Source: Bacteroidales bacterium (lineage in GTDB: Bacteria; Bacteroidota; Bacteroidia; Bacteroidales; UBA932). Taken from it: a DNA stretch of 64,000 nt. Positions 1-9,075 of the stretch are shown here, piece after piece (positions within the stretch are counted from its first letter, which is position 1; each line of letters opens with the position of its first letter). Location of the stretch: positions 16,997 to 80,996 of the forward strand of contig JBAYDV010000001.1 of assembly GCA_041668045.1 (NCBI GenBank). Direction: 5' to 3'. The notes beneath the pieces are model-generated. The model had not been told where the DNA came from. It searched no databases and worked only from the letters and a program-made list of their open reading frames with translations. Position numbers and translations under genes: made by a program.

Positions 1-1300
1 TAGGTCCAGGATATTCTTCATGAACGATAGAATTAAGCTTAGCCATAAAATCATTAGGCATTTTAGTCTCATTTAAAGAAACCTCCCAGCCAAAAACACA
101 TGGATGATTACGGTCACGACGAATAAGTTGACGAGCTGAATGATAACACTGATTTTTAAATGCACTATTCTCTTTATAATATTGCCAACCTAACATAGCA
201 TCTACTACCACTATACCCAAACTATCACAAGCATCCATAAATGCAGGAGATTGAGGATAATGAGATAATCTTACATAATTAAAACCAGCTTTTTTTATCT
301 TAACAGCATCACGACACTGAGCATTATCAGAAAGAGCATAACCAATAAAAGGATACTCCTGATGTCTATTCACACCTCTTAAAAAAGTCTTAACACCATT
401 AATATATATATTATGATTTTTATACTCAAATTCACGAATTCCGAAATGACTTTTCTCCGTATCCACTTCCTGTCCACCACTCAACACTACAGTCTTTACA
501 GTATATAGATTTGGTTCATCTGGAGACCACAAATCAGGATGAGCTATTTCAATATTCTCAACAAACTCCCCAGTAGCTCCCGCGGCAATAAGTGTTAGAG
601 CACTTTCACACTGTTTTACTTCTAATCCAGATCTGTAGATCTTATGAACGACCTTGATTTTACTATTCGCAGAACTTTCATTTTTTATCTGTGTTTTAAT
701 TCTAACGATTGAAGAATCTTCTGATACTTTAGGTGTAGTGATAAATACACCACCCGTAGCAGATTCTGCAGCCAATAAAGGAGAAGTTATATGTATTCTG
801 TTTTTAGTTATAATATAAGCATTACGATATAGACCACCATAAGTATTAAAATCCAATATTTTTACAGGCTTAGGTCCTGTAACCGGATTATCATTATTAT
901 CAAGCCTTAACTCTATCTGATTATTATTCTCATTCAAATAAGGAGTAGCATTAAATATTATAGGTAAGAAACCTCCCTGATGAGTTAAAACATATTTACC
1001 ATTAAGCCATATATCTGCCTTATTCATAGCAGCTTCAAACTTTAAAAAATAAAGTTTATCACTAGAATAATTCTCTATATCAAAAGTCTTACGATAATAA
1101 CAGATCCCCTGCCATTGATTATTTACAACTAAAGGTTCGATATGAGCAGTATGAGGCAATGACACATTCTCCCACTTAGTAGAAGTGTCCAATTTAAACT
1201 GCCACCCATCATTAAATAATGTTTGAGAAAACGCATTACTTGTGAATAACAAGGTTATCAATAATGTCAAAAAGTTTTTAGATATTATCTTATAATTCAT
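1..1300 (-). CDS. Glycoside hydrolase family 2 (beta-galactosidase-like). The first 433 codons are present and the 3' end lies outside the window.
   Basis: Absent from the ORF track because there is no stop in the window. My translation of the reverse strand from ATG 1300-1298 stays open to base 2. It reads MNYKIISKNFLTLLITLLFTSNAFSQ (signal peptide) ... NGKYVLTHQGGFLPIIF ... PDLWSPDEPNLYTV ... GVNRHQEYPFIGYALSD ... GFNYVRLSHYPQSPAFMDACDSLGIVVVD ... RNHPCVFGWEVSLNE. These are typical GH2 sugar-binding and TIM-barrel motifs and include the acid/base NE. Confidence 0.75.
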   Translation of the reverse strand, partial: MNYKIISKNFLTLLITLLFTSNAFSQTLFNDGWQFKLDTSTKWENVSLPHTAHIEPLVVNNQWQGICYYRKTFDIENYSSDKLYFLKFEAAMNKADIWLNGKYVLTHQGGFLPIIFNATPYLNENNNQIELRLDNNDNPVTGPKPVKILDFNTYGGLYRNAYIITKNRIHITSPLLAAESATGGVFITTPKVSEDSSIVRIKTQIKNESSANSKIKVVHKIYRSGLEVKQCESALTLIAAGATGEFVENIEIAHPDLWSPDEPNLYTVKTVVLSGGQEVDTEKSHFGIREFEYKNHNIYINGVKTFLRGVNRHQEYPFIGYALSDNAQCRDAVKIKKAGFNYVRLSHYPQSPAFMDACDSLGIVVVDAMLGWQYYKENSAFKNQCYHSARQLIRRDRNHPCVFGWEVSLNETKMPNDFMAKLNSIVHEEYPGP

Positions 1301-1487
1301 GAGATATATTTTATAAATAAGTAAAAATATTGATTAAATTTTGACTAAAATAGTTCTTTTTTATCATAAATTACAACTTTTTTTTCTTTATTTTTTTTAA
1401 TAAATCTTTCTTCCAAAAAAGTGTCACAAAATGGACTTATAAGTACAATATATATACTACAAGACACATGTCATAATGTGTTTTTAA

Positions 1488-1495
1488 TAATTTTG
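1488..1495 (+). promoter_or_regulatory. Candidate Bacteroidota -7 promoter box (TAATTTTG) for the 1521 gene
   Basis: Matches TAnnTTTG 26 nt upstream of ATG 1521. No -33 TTTG lies at the expected spacing. The motif is expected about once per 1.3 kb per strand by chance in this AT-rich DNA. Confidence 0.3.
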
Positions 1496-1520
1496 TCACA
1501 TCATAATATATAATACATAA

Positions 1521-3356
1521 ATGAAAAATACACAAATTAAAAAAGTGATGTTTAAGCATATTAGTTTTATACTAATAGGTGTAAGCTTAATATTAACCTC
1601 TTGTAGTCAAAAAGCTACAACTAGCCAAATTATTAACTTTTCACCAAATGGTCAAGGAGGTGATATAACACAAGAAATACGAACTGCTATAGATAATAGT
1701 TCAAAGACTCTTCATCTTCATTTCGCAGCAGGTGACTATTCATTCAAGCCTGATTTCGCATCCGACCATTATGAAGCCATAATCAACCATGATAATGGAC
1801 TAAAAAAAATAGTATTCAACATACAAGATTTCGATAATGTTATTATAGAAGGGGAAAATGCTGACTTTTATTTCCACGGACAAGAAATGCCATTTCAATT
1901 CAAACGTTGTAAAAATGTATCAGTAAGTGGCATAAGAATCCATTGGGACATTCCATTCTTATTCGCAGGAAAAGTAGTAGCAGTTAATAAAAAAGAAGGA
2001 TGGAGAGACTTAAAACCCGTTAATCCAAAAGGACAATGGAAAATCTCAAAAGGACGTCTTTTATGGCCAAATATAGATGGTTTTAACTTCCTTCAACTAG
2101 GAAGCACTTTAGCCTTCACAGCAGATACTAAAAGGCCTGTAGATGGATGTGTAGATCACTTCACTCAAGAGACCAAAGTAGAGAAAAGGCCCAATGGCAT
2201 AGTTAGAATCTATGAAAAAATGAAAGTTTACCCTCCTGTTGGAAGTATTTTAAACAGCAAAGGAGATAAAGCTAACGATAGATACGCTCCTGCTTTCCGC
2301 TTCTGTGAGAGTAGTAATATAAATATAAAAAATGTAATCGTTCACCATGCACTAGGAATGGGATATCTTTTCGAATTCTGTGAAAATATCACACTAGATC
2401 ATAGTGGTGTATATCTAGAAAAAGATAGTCCAGAAGTAGTATCATCTACAGCGGATGCCACTCACTTCGCCAACTGTAAAGGACAAATAACTATGACCCA
2501 TTGCAGATTTGAAAATATGCTTGATGACGGAACAAACGTACATGGAACATATGTTTCAGTAAATAAAAAAGTAGATGAACACACTCTTCGTGTAGCATTA
2601 ATGCACCAAGAACAAATTGGTGGAACTTTCGCTATGCCAAATGATAGCATCTGGTTTATACATCAACCAAATCCTAATCGTATAAAAGAGATAGGTAAAA
2701 TCAAGAATATATCTATAATCAATGAAAAATATCAAGATATAACATTCTACTCTCCTATTCCTGAAAGCATAAAAGCTGGCGATTTACTAGAAAACAAAAC
2801 ATGGAACCCAAGTCTAACTATCGACCACTGTATATTTAGAAACAACAGAGCTCGTAATATCATTATTAAAACTCCTAAACCTATATTAATAGAAGAAAAT
2901 GAATTATCTTCAATGATGTCAACTATCATGCTACGTGGAGAATCATACTACTGGTTTGAATCAGGAGCTGTTTGTGATGTTATGATTAGAAATAACCATA
3001 TAACCCACTCTGCTTACTGTGCTAAACCTCATGCTATATTATATGTAACGCCACGCCTTGGTGAACATTTCAACCACCATGCATACTACGACCGCAATAT
3101 TAGTTTTATTAATAATACTATTGAGAACTTCCAGCCTCGTATAGTATGGGCATATAACGTAGAAGGTCTAACTATAAAAGGCAATAAAATTACCCAGACT
3201 TATGAAACTATACCGACTCAAGGTGATGCTGCACAATATGAAATACATGACTGTAAAGACATCATTATTGAGAATAATATATATAAAGGTAAACGTGTTA
3301 AAACTTTGTCAATAGATGATAAAAGTAAACAAACATTAGTTATAAAAAATAATTAA
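1521..3356 (+). CDS. Lipoprotein with a right-handed parallel beta-helix glycosidase fold, possibly a GH110-type alpha-1,3-galactosidase
   Basis: Lipobox LILTSC. The length (611 aa) and repeated N-x-x-I/V-x-N beta-helix rungs fit this fold (NISFINNTIENF, LTIKGNKITQ, IIIENNIYKG). The N-terminal pattern FSPNG..DIT..IRTAID ... ADFYFHGQEMPFQF ... GIRIHWDIPFLFAGKVV resembles what I recall of GH110 enzymes. The family assignment is from memory only. Confidence 0.5.
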   Translation: MKNTQIKKVMFKHISFILIGVSLILTSCSQKATTSQIINFSPNGQGGDITQEIRTAIDNSSKTLHLHFAAGDYSFKPDFASDHYEAIINHDNGLKKIVFNIQDFDNVIIEGENADFYFHGQEMPFQFKRCKNVSVSGIRIHWDIPFLFAGKVVAVNKKEGWRDLKPVNPKGQWKISKGRLLWPNIDGFNFLQLGSTLAFTADTKRPVDGCVDHFTQETKVEKRPNGIVRIYEKMKVYPPVGSILNSKGDKANDRYAPAFRFCESSNINIKNVIVHHALGMGYLFEFCENITLDHSGVYLEKDSPEVVSSTADATHFANCKGQITMTHCRFENMLDDGTNVHGTYVSVNKKVDEHTLRVALMHQEQIGGTFAMPNDSIWFIHQPNPNRIKEIGKIKNISIINEKYQDITFYSPIPESIKAGDLLENKTWNPSLTIDHCIFRNNRARNIIIKTPKPILIEENELSSMMSTIMLRGESYYWFESGAVCDVMIRNNHITHSAYCAKPHAILYVTPRLGEHFNHHAYYDRNISFINNTIENFQPRIVWAYNVEGLTIKGNKITQTYETIPTQGDAAQYEIHDCKDIIIENNIYKGKRVKTLSIDDKSKQTLVIKNN

Positions 3357-3386
3357 TTTTACATACAATATAAACTATCATATATA

Positions 3387-4880
3387 ATGAAAACGCATAA
3401 AATCGTCTCAGAACCGAATAGTGCTATCAAACTCGCTCTTGCTCTACCTGTATTAGCATCTACGTCTCTTAGTGCTCAAACATCATCACAAGCGCTTAAA
3501 AACGATGAAGCACTTAAGCCACATAATCGTCCAAACATCGTTGTTTTGTTTGTTGATGATTTAGGATGGACAAGTTTAGGTTATCAAGATAAAACTTTCC
3601 ATACTCCCAACATAGACGCTCTCCAGAAACAAGGAACATACTTTTCTAGAGCATATGTCTCTACTGCTACTTCGAGTCCAAGTAGAGCATCACTTTACAC
3701 AGGAAAACAAGCTGTTCGCTGTGGTTTCGTTCGTCATATTCCTGATAATCCAGATCGTCTTGAATACAATTACTGGACCACTGACCCAGGAGATATGCCT
3801 TCTAGAAATTGGATGAAGCTTGATGAAATTACATTCGCTGAACGTTTACACGAAATAGGTTATTATAATTATTTTATAGGTAAATGGCATCTTGGACATG
3901 CCCCTTATTTCCCTATACATCAAGGATGGGATGCTCAGTATGGTTCTGGAGAATATGGACATCCTGGCAGCTATATCGCTCCTTTCTTTAAAAAGGATAA
4001 TCCTATTCCAGAATTCCATAATAAAGAATATCTAACTGATGTACTTACCGACGAAGCTGTAAGATTCATAAAAAAAGAAAAACATACCCAACCTTTTCTT
4101 TTAAATCTTTCATATTATACTGTACACTCCCCACATCAAGGTCGTCCAGATTTAGTAGCTAAATATAAAAAAGAAGGATTAACTGGTGAATTTTTAAAAT
4201 TCGCAGCTATGGTAACTGCTCTTGATGAATCTGTTGGTCGTGTTAGAAAAGCACTTGAAGAAAGTGGATTAGCAGATAATACAATTATAGTTTTCGCTTC
4301 CGATCAGGGAGGAATGTTTTACAATACGCCACTTAGAGGAGGTAAAATAGGTGGAGATACCTTAGCAGAAGGTGGATGTCGTATTCCTTTGATAATATAT
4401 AATCCATTATTGCCTAATGCAGCCAAATCATGCAGCACTCCAGTTATGACCTATGATATATATCCTACTATATTAGAATTTGCTGAAGGATTTCCATGTA
4501 GAGACAGGCAAATCGATGGTGTTAGTTTAATTCCTTTAATGAAAGGTAAAACTATCGCAGATCGTGATTTATTTATGATTCGTAGTTATGAAGATCAAAA
4601 CGATGCGATTATCCATGGAGATTATAAACTTATTAAATACCGTTCTGGCAAACTTCAACTTTATAATGTTAAACAAGACATAAGTGAGACTCATAATTTA
4701 GTTGATGAAATGCCTGACAAATGTAATGAAATGCTAATGAGATTAGATCGTTGGGAAAGAGAAGATATTCCAGGCGAATTACTAAGAAATCAACACGATA
4801 GAGGAAATTGGGGAGGCCCGGATTTAAGTAAACCTATAAAAAAGAAAAGTCCACTTCCTCGTCCTGCACCTATATATTAA
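3387..4880 (+). CDS. Sulfatase (arylsulfatase/alkaline-phosphatase superfamily), Ser-type formylglycine motif
   Basis: Signal peptide. VVLFVDDLGW metal-binding start, S-S-P-S-R-A-S-L-Y-T-G-K formylglycine motif, GKWHLG, and ASDQGG near the C-terminal metal site. Confidence 0.85.
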   Translation: MKTHKIVSEPNSAIKLALALPVLASTSLSAQTSSQALKNDEALKPHNRPNIVVLFVDDLGWTSLGYQDKTFHTPNIDALQKQGTYFSRAYVSTATSSPSRASLYTGKQAVRCGFVRHIPDNPDRLEYNYWTTDPGDMPSRNWMKLDEITFAERLHEIGYYNYFIGKWHLGHAPYFPIHQGWDAQYGSGEYGHPGSYIAPFFKKDNPIPEFHNKEYLTDVLTDEAVRFIKKEKHTQPFLLNLSYYTVHSPHQGRPDLVAKYKKEGLTGEFLKFAAMVTALDESVGRVRKALEESGLADNTIIVFASDQGGMFYNTPLRGGKIGGDTLAEGGCRIPLIIYNPLLPNAAKSCSTPVMTYDIYPTILEFAEGFPCRDRQIDGVSLIPLMKGKTIADRDLFMIRSYEDQNDAIIHGDYKLIKYRSGKLQLYNVKQDISETHNLVDEMPDKCNEMLMRLDRWEREDIPGELLRNQHDRGNWGGPDLSKPIKKKSPLPRPAPIY

Positions 4881-5770
4881 AAGATAATTTTCTTCCCAGT
4901 ATAAAAAGCACTTAATCTAGTATTAAGTGTTTTTTTTATTTCGTTATAACTCTCTAAACTTGTACAATGACCTGTATAAAATTTAGTATAAGGAAAATCT
5001 TCAGCTAATTGCTTAGCAAGTTCACGTAATTCATTTTTAGTTTCACAATTACTAGGAAGATGCATTCCTCCAACGAAAAGAGAAGGAAATACTTGTATAT
5101 TAGGTATCTCACTTTTCAATGATTTATATACATAATCCTTACAAGATTCTAATATATTGCCTACACCATTATGAGAACATGGAGAAATGATATTTAAATA
5201 TGCAGATGCTCCTCTTACATTGCTTAATACTAATGATATTTCATGAGTAAACTCATCGTCTTTTAAATGGTCTATTTTCAAATATTTATTAGCATATGGC
5301 CTCGTATAAGTATTTCTTTTATTAAAAATAATATATACATTATCTGATATTTTCAAAGAATCACCCACTAACTTAAACCTCCAAGCAGTATCTGGATTAA
5401 ATAGAGTTCTATCTGTACTTATATTACGTGGACTTCCATGGCGTAAAGAATAATATGATGTGTGCAATATTTTCCTCGAACATATAATATCTGCTTTTTG
5501 ATTGGACTGTAGAAAATATTTTAGTCCTCCAGTATGGTCATTATGTCCATGTGAAAGTATTAGATGATCTACATCACTGATATCAATGCCAAGTATTTTA
5601 GCATTATTCAAAAAGTTATCAGACAAACCTGTATCTATTAACCATTTTTGACCTTCAAATTCAATATAAATAGAAAGTCCATGTTCAGACATAAGTTTTG
5701 GAGAAGGATTATATAATTCTTCAGAATTTTCTAATGACGTATTATCGACAAGGAAAGTTAATTTACTCAT
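4877..5770 (-). CDS. MBL-fold metallo-hydrolase
   Basis: HGHNDHTGG metal-binding motif and LSIYIEFEGQKWLIDTG. The ORF-track start at 5809 overlaps the upstream gene by 47 nt. In-frame ATGs at 5779 and 5770 give MSK(MSK)LTFLVDN, and 5770 forms an ATGAGTAA 8-nt overlap with the upstream stop. The exact start is uncertain. Confidence 0.7.
   Translation of the reverse strand: MSKLTFLVDNTSLENSEELYNPSPKLMSEHGLSIYIEFEGQKWLIDTGLSDNFLNNAKILGIDISDVDHLILSHGHNDHTGGLKYFLQSNQKADIICSRKILHTSYYSLRHGSPRNISTDRTLFNPDTAWRFKLVGDSLKISDNVYIIFNKRNTYTRPYANKYLKIDHLKDDEFTHEISLVLSNVRGASAYLNIISPCSHNGVGNILESCKDYVYKSLKSEIPNIQVFPSLFVGGMHLPSNCETKNELRELAKQLAEDFPYTKFYTGHCTSLESYNEIKKTLNTRLSAFYTGKKIIF
4909..4937 (+). terminator. 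Rho-independent terminator for the sulfatase gene, embedded in the 3' coding region of the convergent MBL gene
   Basis: CACTTAAT (4909-4916), loop CTAGT, ATTAAGTG (4922-4929), then eight T (4930-4937), starting 29 nt after the sulfatase stop. Confidence 0.6.
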
Positions 5771-7091
5771 CTTGCTCATTCTTTTTAGGTTTGTTAAGCA
5801 TATCCTCATCTGAGGAAACTAGATTATTAGAAGTACGCTCAACGAAAATTTTATCAATACGTGCTCCATCCATACTCGTTATTTTAAATTTGAAAGTTTT
5901 CCAAAATATAACTTCATTTACTTCTGGTATTTGATCTATTACTTCTAAAATAAGACCACCAAGAGTATTTACATCGTATTCAGGATAAATATCCTCCATC
6001 TCGAAATATTCAAGAAAATCATAAAAAGGACATTGTCCATCTATATTCCAAGCTCCATCAGGTAATTTCTCGATATCTGGTTCTTCTTCTTCATCAACGA
6101 TAGTTCCTATTAAACCTGCCAGAATATCTTTATGAGTGATAATACCTTGAAAGACTCCAAATTCATCATAAACAAAAGCATAGCCCACTTTATCATTTCT
6201 CATCTGTTCCATAGCCTTATAAACAGACATATTCTCATGATATGATTCAGGCACACAAATATAATCTTTTAAATCGAAGTCTTCTTTTCTTAGTTTTCCG
6301 AAAATATCTTTCAAAAATACTACACCCTTAATATCATCAAGAGAACCTTCAGCCACTGGATAAACTTCATATAAATCATTTTCCATGACATCTGCTATCT
6401 GCTCCCCTTTCATACTAGTATCAAACCATACGACATCACTTCTACTAGTCATAATAGACTCAATATCTCTATCACCTAAAGAAAATACTCTATCTACTAT
6501 ATCTTGCTCTACATCTTGTACCTGCCCATCTTCCTTACCTTCAGCTACCATATATTTAATTTCATCTTCTGTTACTATAGTTTCTATTGATTCTATTCCT
6601 AATAGTCTTGAAATGGCATTAGTTGTAATAGTCAAAAGCCAAACAACAGGAGTCATAATATACGACCAGAATGTCATAAAATGAGCCATGAATTTAGCTA
6701 TTTTTTCTGAGTTACTTAATCCTATATTCTTAGGGACTAACTCTCCAAAAACTATTGATAAAAATGTTACAAGAAAAATTATTATTATCTGAGCTACACT
6801 ACTAGAAGAACTAGGACTCATGCCTAATTTCTGGAGATATATTGAAAAGTGATCGGCAAATTCTGCCCCGGAAAATAAACCTGTAAGAATACCGATTAGA
6901 GTAATACCGACTTGAATAGTGGAAAGAAAACGAGTTGGGTCTTCTATTAATTTCAACGTAGTCTGAGCTTTTTTACTTCCTTTTTTAGCATCTGAATTAA
7001 TCTTAGACTTACGTGAATTTACTATAGCGATCTCACACATAGCGAAAACTCCATTAAATAAAATCAATAATACTATAATCAATATTTCCAT
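5763..7091 (-). CDS. CNNM/HlyC-CorC family membrane protein (DUF21 - CBS pair - CorC_HlyC), 'hemolysin family' transporter
   Basis: N-terminal TM segments with AMCEIAIVNSRKSKI (DUF21). Central CBS-pair region (ESIMTSRSDVVWF ... VYPV ... GVVFLKDI). C-terminal GDFLEYFE...TLGGLILE...F.I..MDGARIDKI, typical of the CorC_HlyC domain. Confidence 0.85.
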   Translation of the reverse strand: MEILIIVLLILFNGVFAMCEIAIVNSRKSKINSDAKKGSKKAQTTLKLIEDPTRFLSTIQVGITLIGILTGLFSGAEFADHFSIYLQKLGMSPSSSSSVAQIIIIFLVTFLSIVFGELVPKNIGLSNSEKIAKFMAHFMTFWSYIMTPVVWLLTITTNAISRLLGIESIETIVTEDEIKYMVAEGKEDGQVQDVEQDIVDRVFSLGDRDIESIMTSRSDVVWFDTSMKGEQIADVMENDLYEVYPVAEGSLDDIKGVVFLKDIFGKLRKEDFDLKDYICVPESYHENMSVYKAMEQMRNDKVGYAFVYDEFGVFQGIITHKDILAGLIGTIVDEEEEPDIEKLPDGAWNIDGQCPFYDFLEYFEMEDIYPEYDVNTLGGLILEVIDQIPEVNEVIFWKTFKFKITSMDGARIDKIFVERTSNNLVSSDEDMLNKPKKNEQDE

Positions 7092-7112
7092 AGTTTTAAT
7101 ATAACAAAAAAT

Positions 7113-8285
7113 TTAACCTTTTATACAGTCTGCTAAAATCTGTATTCCTTTATCTATTTTTTCTTCTGGAGTGAAAGAAAAATTCAATCTTATAGTATTT
7201 TGTCCCCCTCCATCACAATGGAAAAATTCGCCAGCTACATAAGCTACTCCTGCATCCAATACTTTTTCATATATATCTACCGCACTAGTTCCTTCAGGCA
7301 TATATAGAAAAATAAATAAACCTCCTTCAGGATGAGTCCAAGACGAACCATCTGGCATATATTTTTCTAAAGCCCTCAACATAGTATCTCTTTTATGTCT
7401 ATATAATTTTAAAGAATTTACTAAATTCTTATCCAATTCTCCACTTCTGAGATATTCTGCTGCCAGATATTGATTAATTATCGGAGAACATAAATCTGTA
7501 GATTGTTTACATACCGTCAGTTTATTTAAAAATTCTTCTGCACCTATTACCCATCCTAAACGAATACCAGGAGCGAATATTTTAGAAAAACTACCTAGTT
7601 GGACTACTACATCAGAATCCATAGAATACATTGAAGGTAATTGTTCTCCTTCGAAACGTACTTCTCTATATGGACAATCTTCTAATATTAAGATATTATA
7701 CTTTTTAGCAATAGCTACTAACACTTTTCTACATTCTAAAGTAAGAGTTTCGCCTGTGGGATTGTTAAAATCTGGAATACTATAAATAAACTTAATCTTT
7801 TTATTGGCTTTATGTAATGCTGTAATTTTTTTCTCATATCTCTCAGCCAATAAAGAAGCATCATCAGTCGAGTCAATACTTTGTATGTCAGCGCGGTATG
7901 AATAAAAAGATTGAAGAGCTCCTAAATATGAAGGATTAGCACATAAAATCACATCTCCAGGATCAATCATAATCCTAGTACATAAATCTATAGCCTGCTG
8001 GCTTGATGTCGTTATTTGCAAATTTTTTACATCAACTCCAGATCTTTTAGCCAATACCTGACGTAATTCGATAATACCCTCAGTAGCTCCATACTGTAAT
8101 GCCTGAGCCCCATAATTATCTAAAACTGTAGAAGTAATCTTTTTAAGCTGTTCTACAGGAAAAGTTAATGGTGAAGGATAGCCACCAGCGAAAGAAATCA
8201 TTTTACTTAAATCATATTTTCTAAATAAATCTCTAGCTGGTGAACGATGAAAAGATGCTACATCTTCTGAAAATCCGTATTTCAT
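7113..8285 (-). CDS. Class I/II PLP-dependent aminotransferase. Candidate N-succinyl-diaminopimelate aminotransferase (DapC role) by gene context.
   Basis: SFSKIFAPGIRLGWV contains the PLP-lysine motif, and there is also NPTGETL. It is the last gene of the DAP cluster and starts 1 nt after the dapD stop. The paralog at 39059-40255 shares many motifs. Confidence 0.75.
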   Translation of the reverse strand: MKYGFSEDVASFHRSPARDLFRKYDLSKMISFAGGYPSPLTFPVEQLKKITSTVLDNYGAQALQYGATEGIIELRQVLAKRSGVDVKNLQITTSSQQAIDLCTRIMIDPGDVILCANPSYLGALQSFYSYRADIQSIDSTDDASLLAERYEKKITALHKANKKIKFIYSIPDFNNPTGETLTLECRKVLVAIAKKYNILILEDCPYREVRFEGEQLPSMYSMDSDVVVQLGSFSKIFAPGIRLGWVIGAEEFLNKLTVCKQSTDLCSPIINQYLAAEYLRSGELDKNLVNSLKLYRHKRDTMLRALEKYMPDGSSWTHPEGGLFIFLYMPEGTSAVDIYEKVLDAGVAYVAGEFFHCDGGGQNTIRLNFSFTPEEKIDKGIQILADCIKG

Positions 8286-8286
8286 T

Positions 8287-9066
8287 TTATATTTTTTCTC
8301 TTAATAAATCTTCTAAAACTATGGATGTGTCGGTTTTATCATTCCTATATTTAACTATAACAGGAGTATAAATATGTACGCCATTTTCTTTACCATAACC
8401 ATGTGTTATTGGCCTGCTTCCAGCTACTACTACAGCACCTTCTGGTATAATCATCTGACCATTTTCATTAGCTTTAATATATTCTCCAGAGGTAGCATCA
8501 AAAACAGGAGTAGATGAATTGATAATAACTCCAGTAGCTATTACAGCTCTTTCTTTAATAATAGTACCTTCATATATACCACAATTTCCTCCTATAAATG
8601 CATCATCCTCAATAATAACAGGAAGAGCACCTACTGGTTCTATAACACCACCTATTTGAGAGGCAGCAGAAAGATGTACATGTTTTCCTATTTGAGCACA
8701 TGAGCCAACTAATGCATGAGAATCTATAAGTGTTCCTTCATCTACATAAGCTCCTATATTGATATAAGAAGGAGGCATTACTATAGTCGATTTAGCTAAA
8801 TATGCTCCACAGCGAACAGAAGAACCTCCCGGGACTAATCTAATACCATCATTTACTGAAAACTCACGGACAGGTAGAGTATCTTTATCAAAAAAGCTAC
8901 ACTCTCCTCCTTTCATCTTAATTAATTTTCCACATTTAAATCCCAATAGAATAGCTTCTTTTACTTCTTTATTTACTATCCACTCCCCATCTTTCTTGTA
9001 TGCTACTCTTGTGGTACCAGCCTCTAATTCTTTTATTGATTGATTAAATATTTCTATATCTTTCAT
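8287..9066 (-). CDS. dapD: 2,3,4,5-tetrahydropyridine-2,6-dicarboxylate N-succinyltransferase
   Basis: Aligns by eye along its length with E. coli DapD: R[VL]VP.. VR.GA[YF][IL]A..T[IV][VL]MPSY[IV]NIGAYVDEGT[LM][IV]D..A.VGSCAQIGK.VHLS ... IIED..FIG. These are left-handed beta-helix hexapeptide repeats. Confidence 0.85.
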   Translation of the reverse strand: MKDIEIFNQSIKELEAGTTRVAYKKDGEWIVNKEVKEAILLGFKCGKLIKMKGGECSFFDKDTLPVREFSVNDGIRLVPGGSSVRCGAYLAKSTIVMPPSYINIGAYVDEGTLIDSHALVGSCAQIGKHVHLSAASQIGGVIEPVGALPVIIEDDAFIGGNCGIYEGTIIKERAVIATGVIINSSTPVFDATSGEYIKANENGQMIIPEGAVVVAGSRPITHGYGKENGVHIYTPVIVKYRNDKTDTSIVLEDLLREKI

Positions 9067-9075
9067 TGTTTTCTT

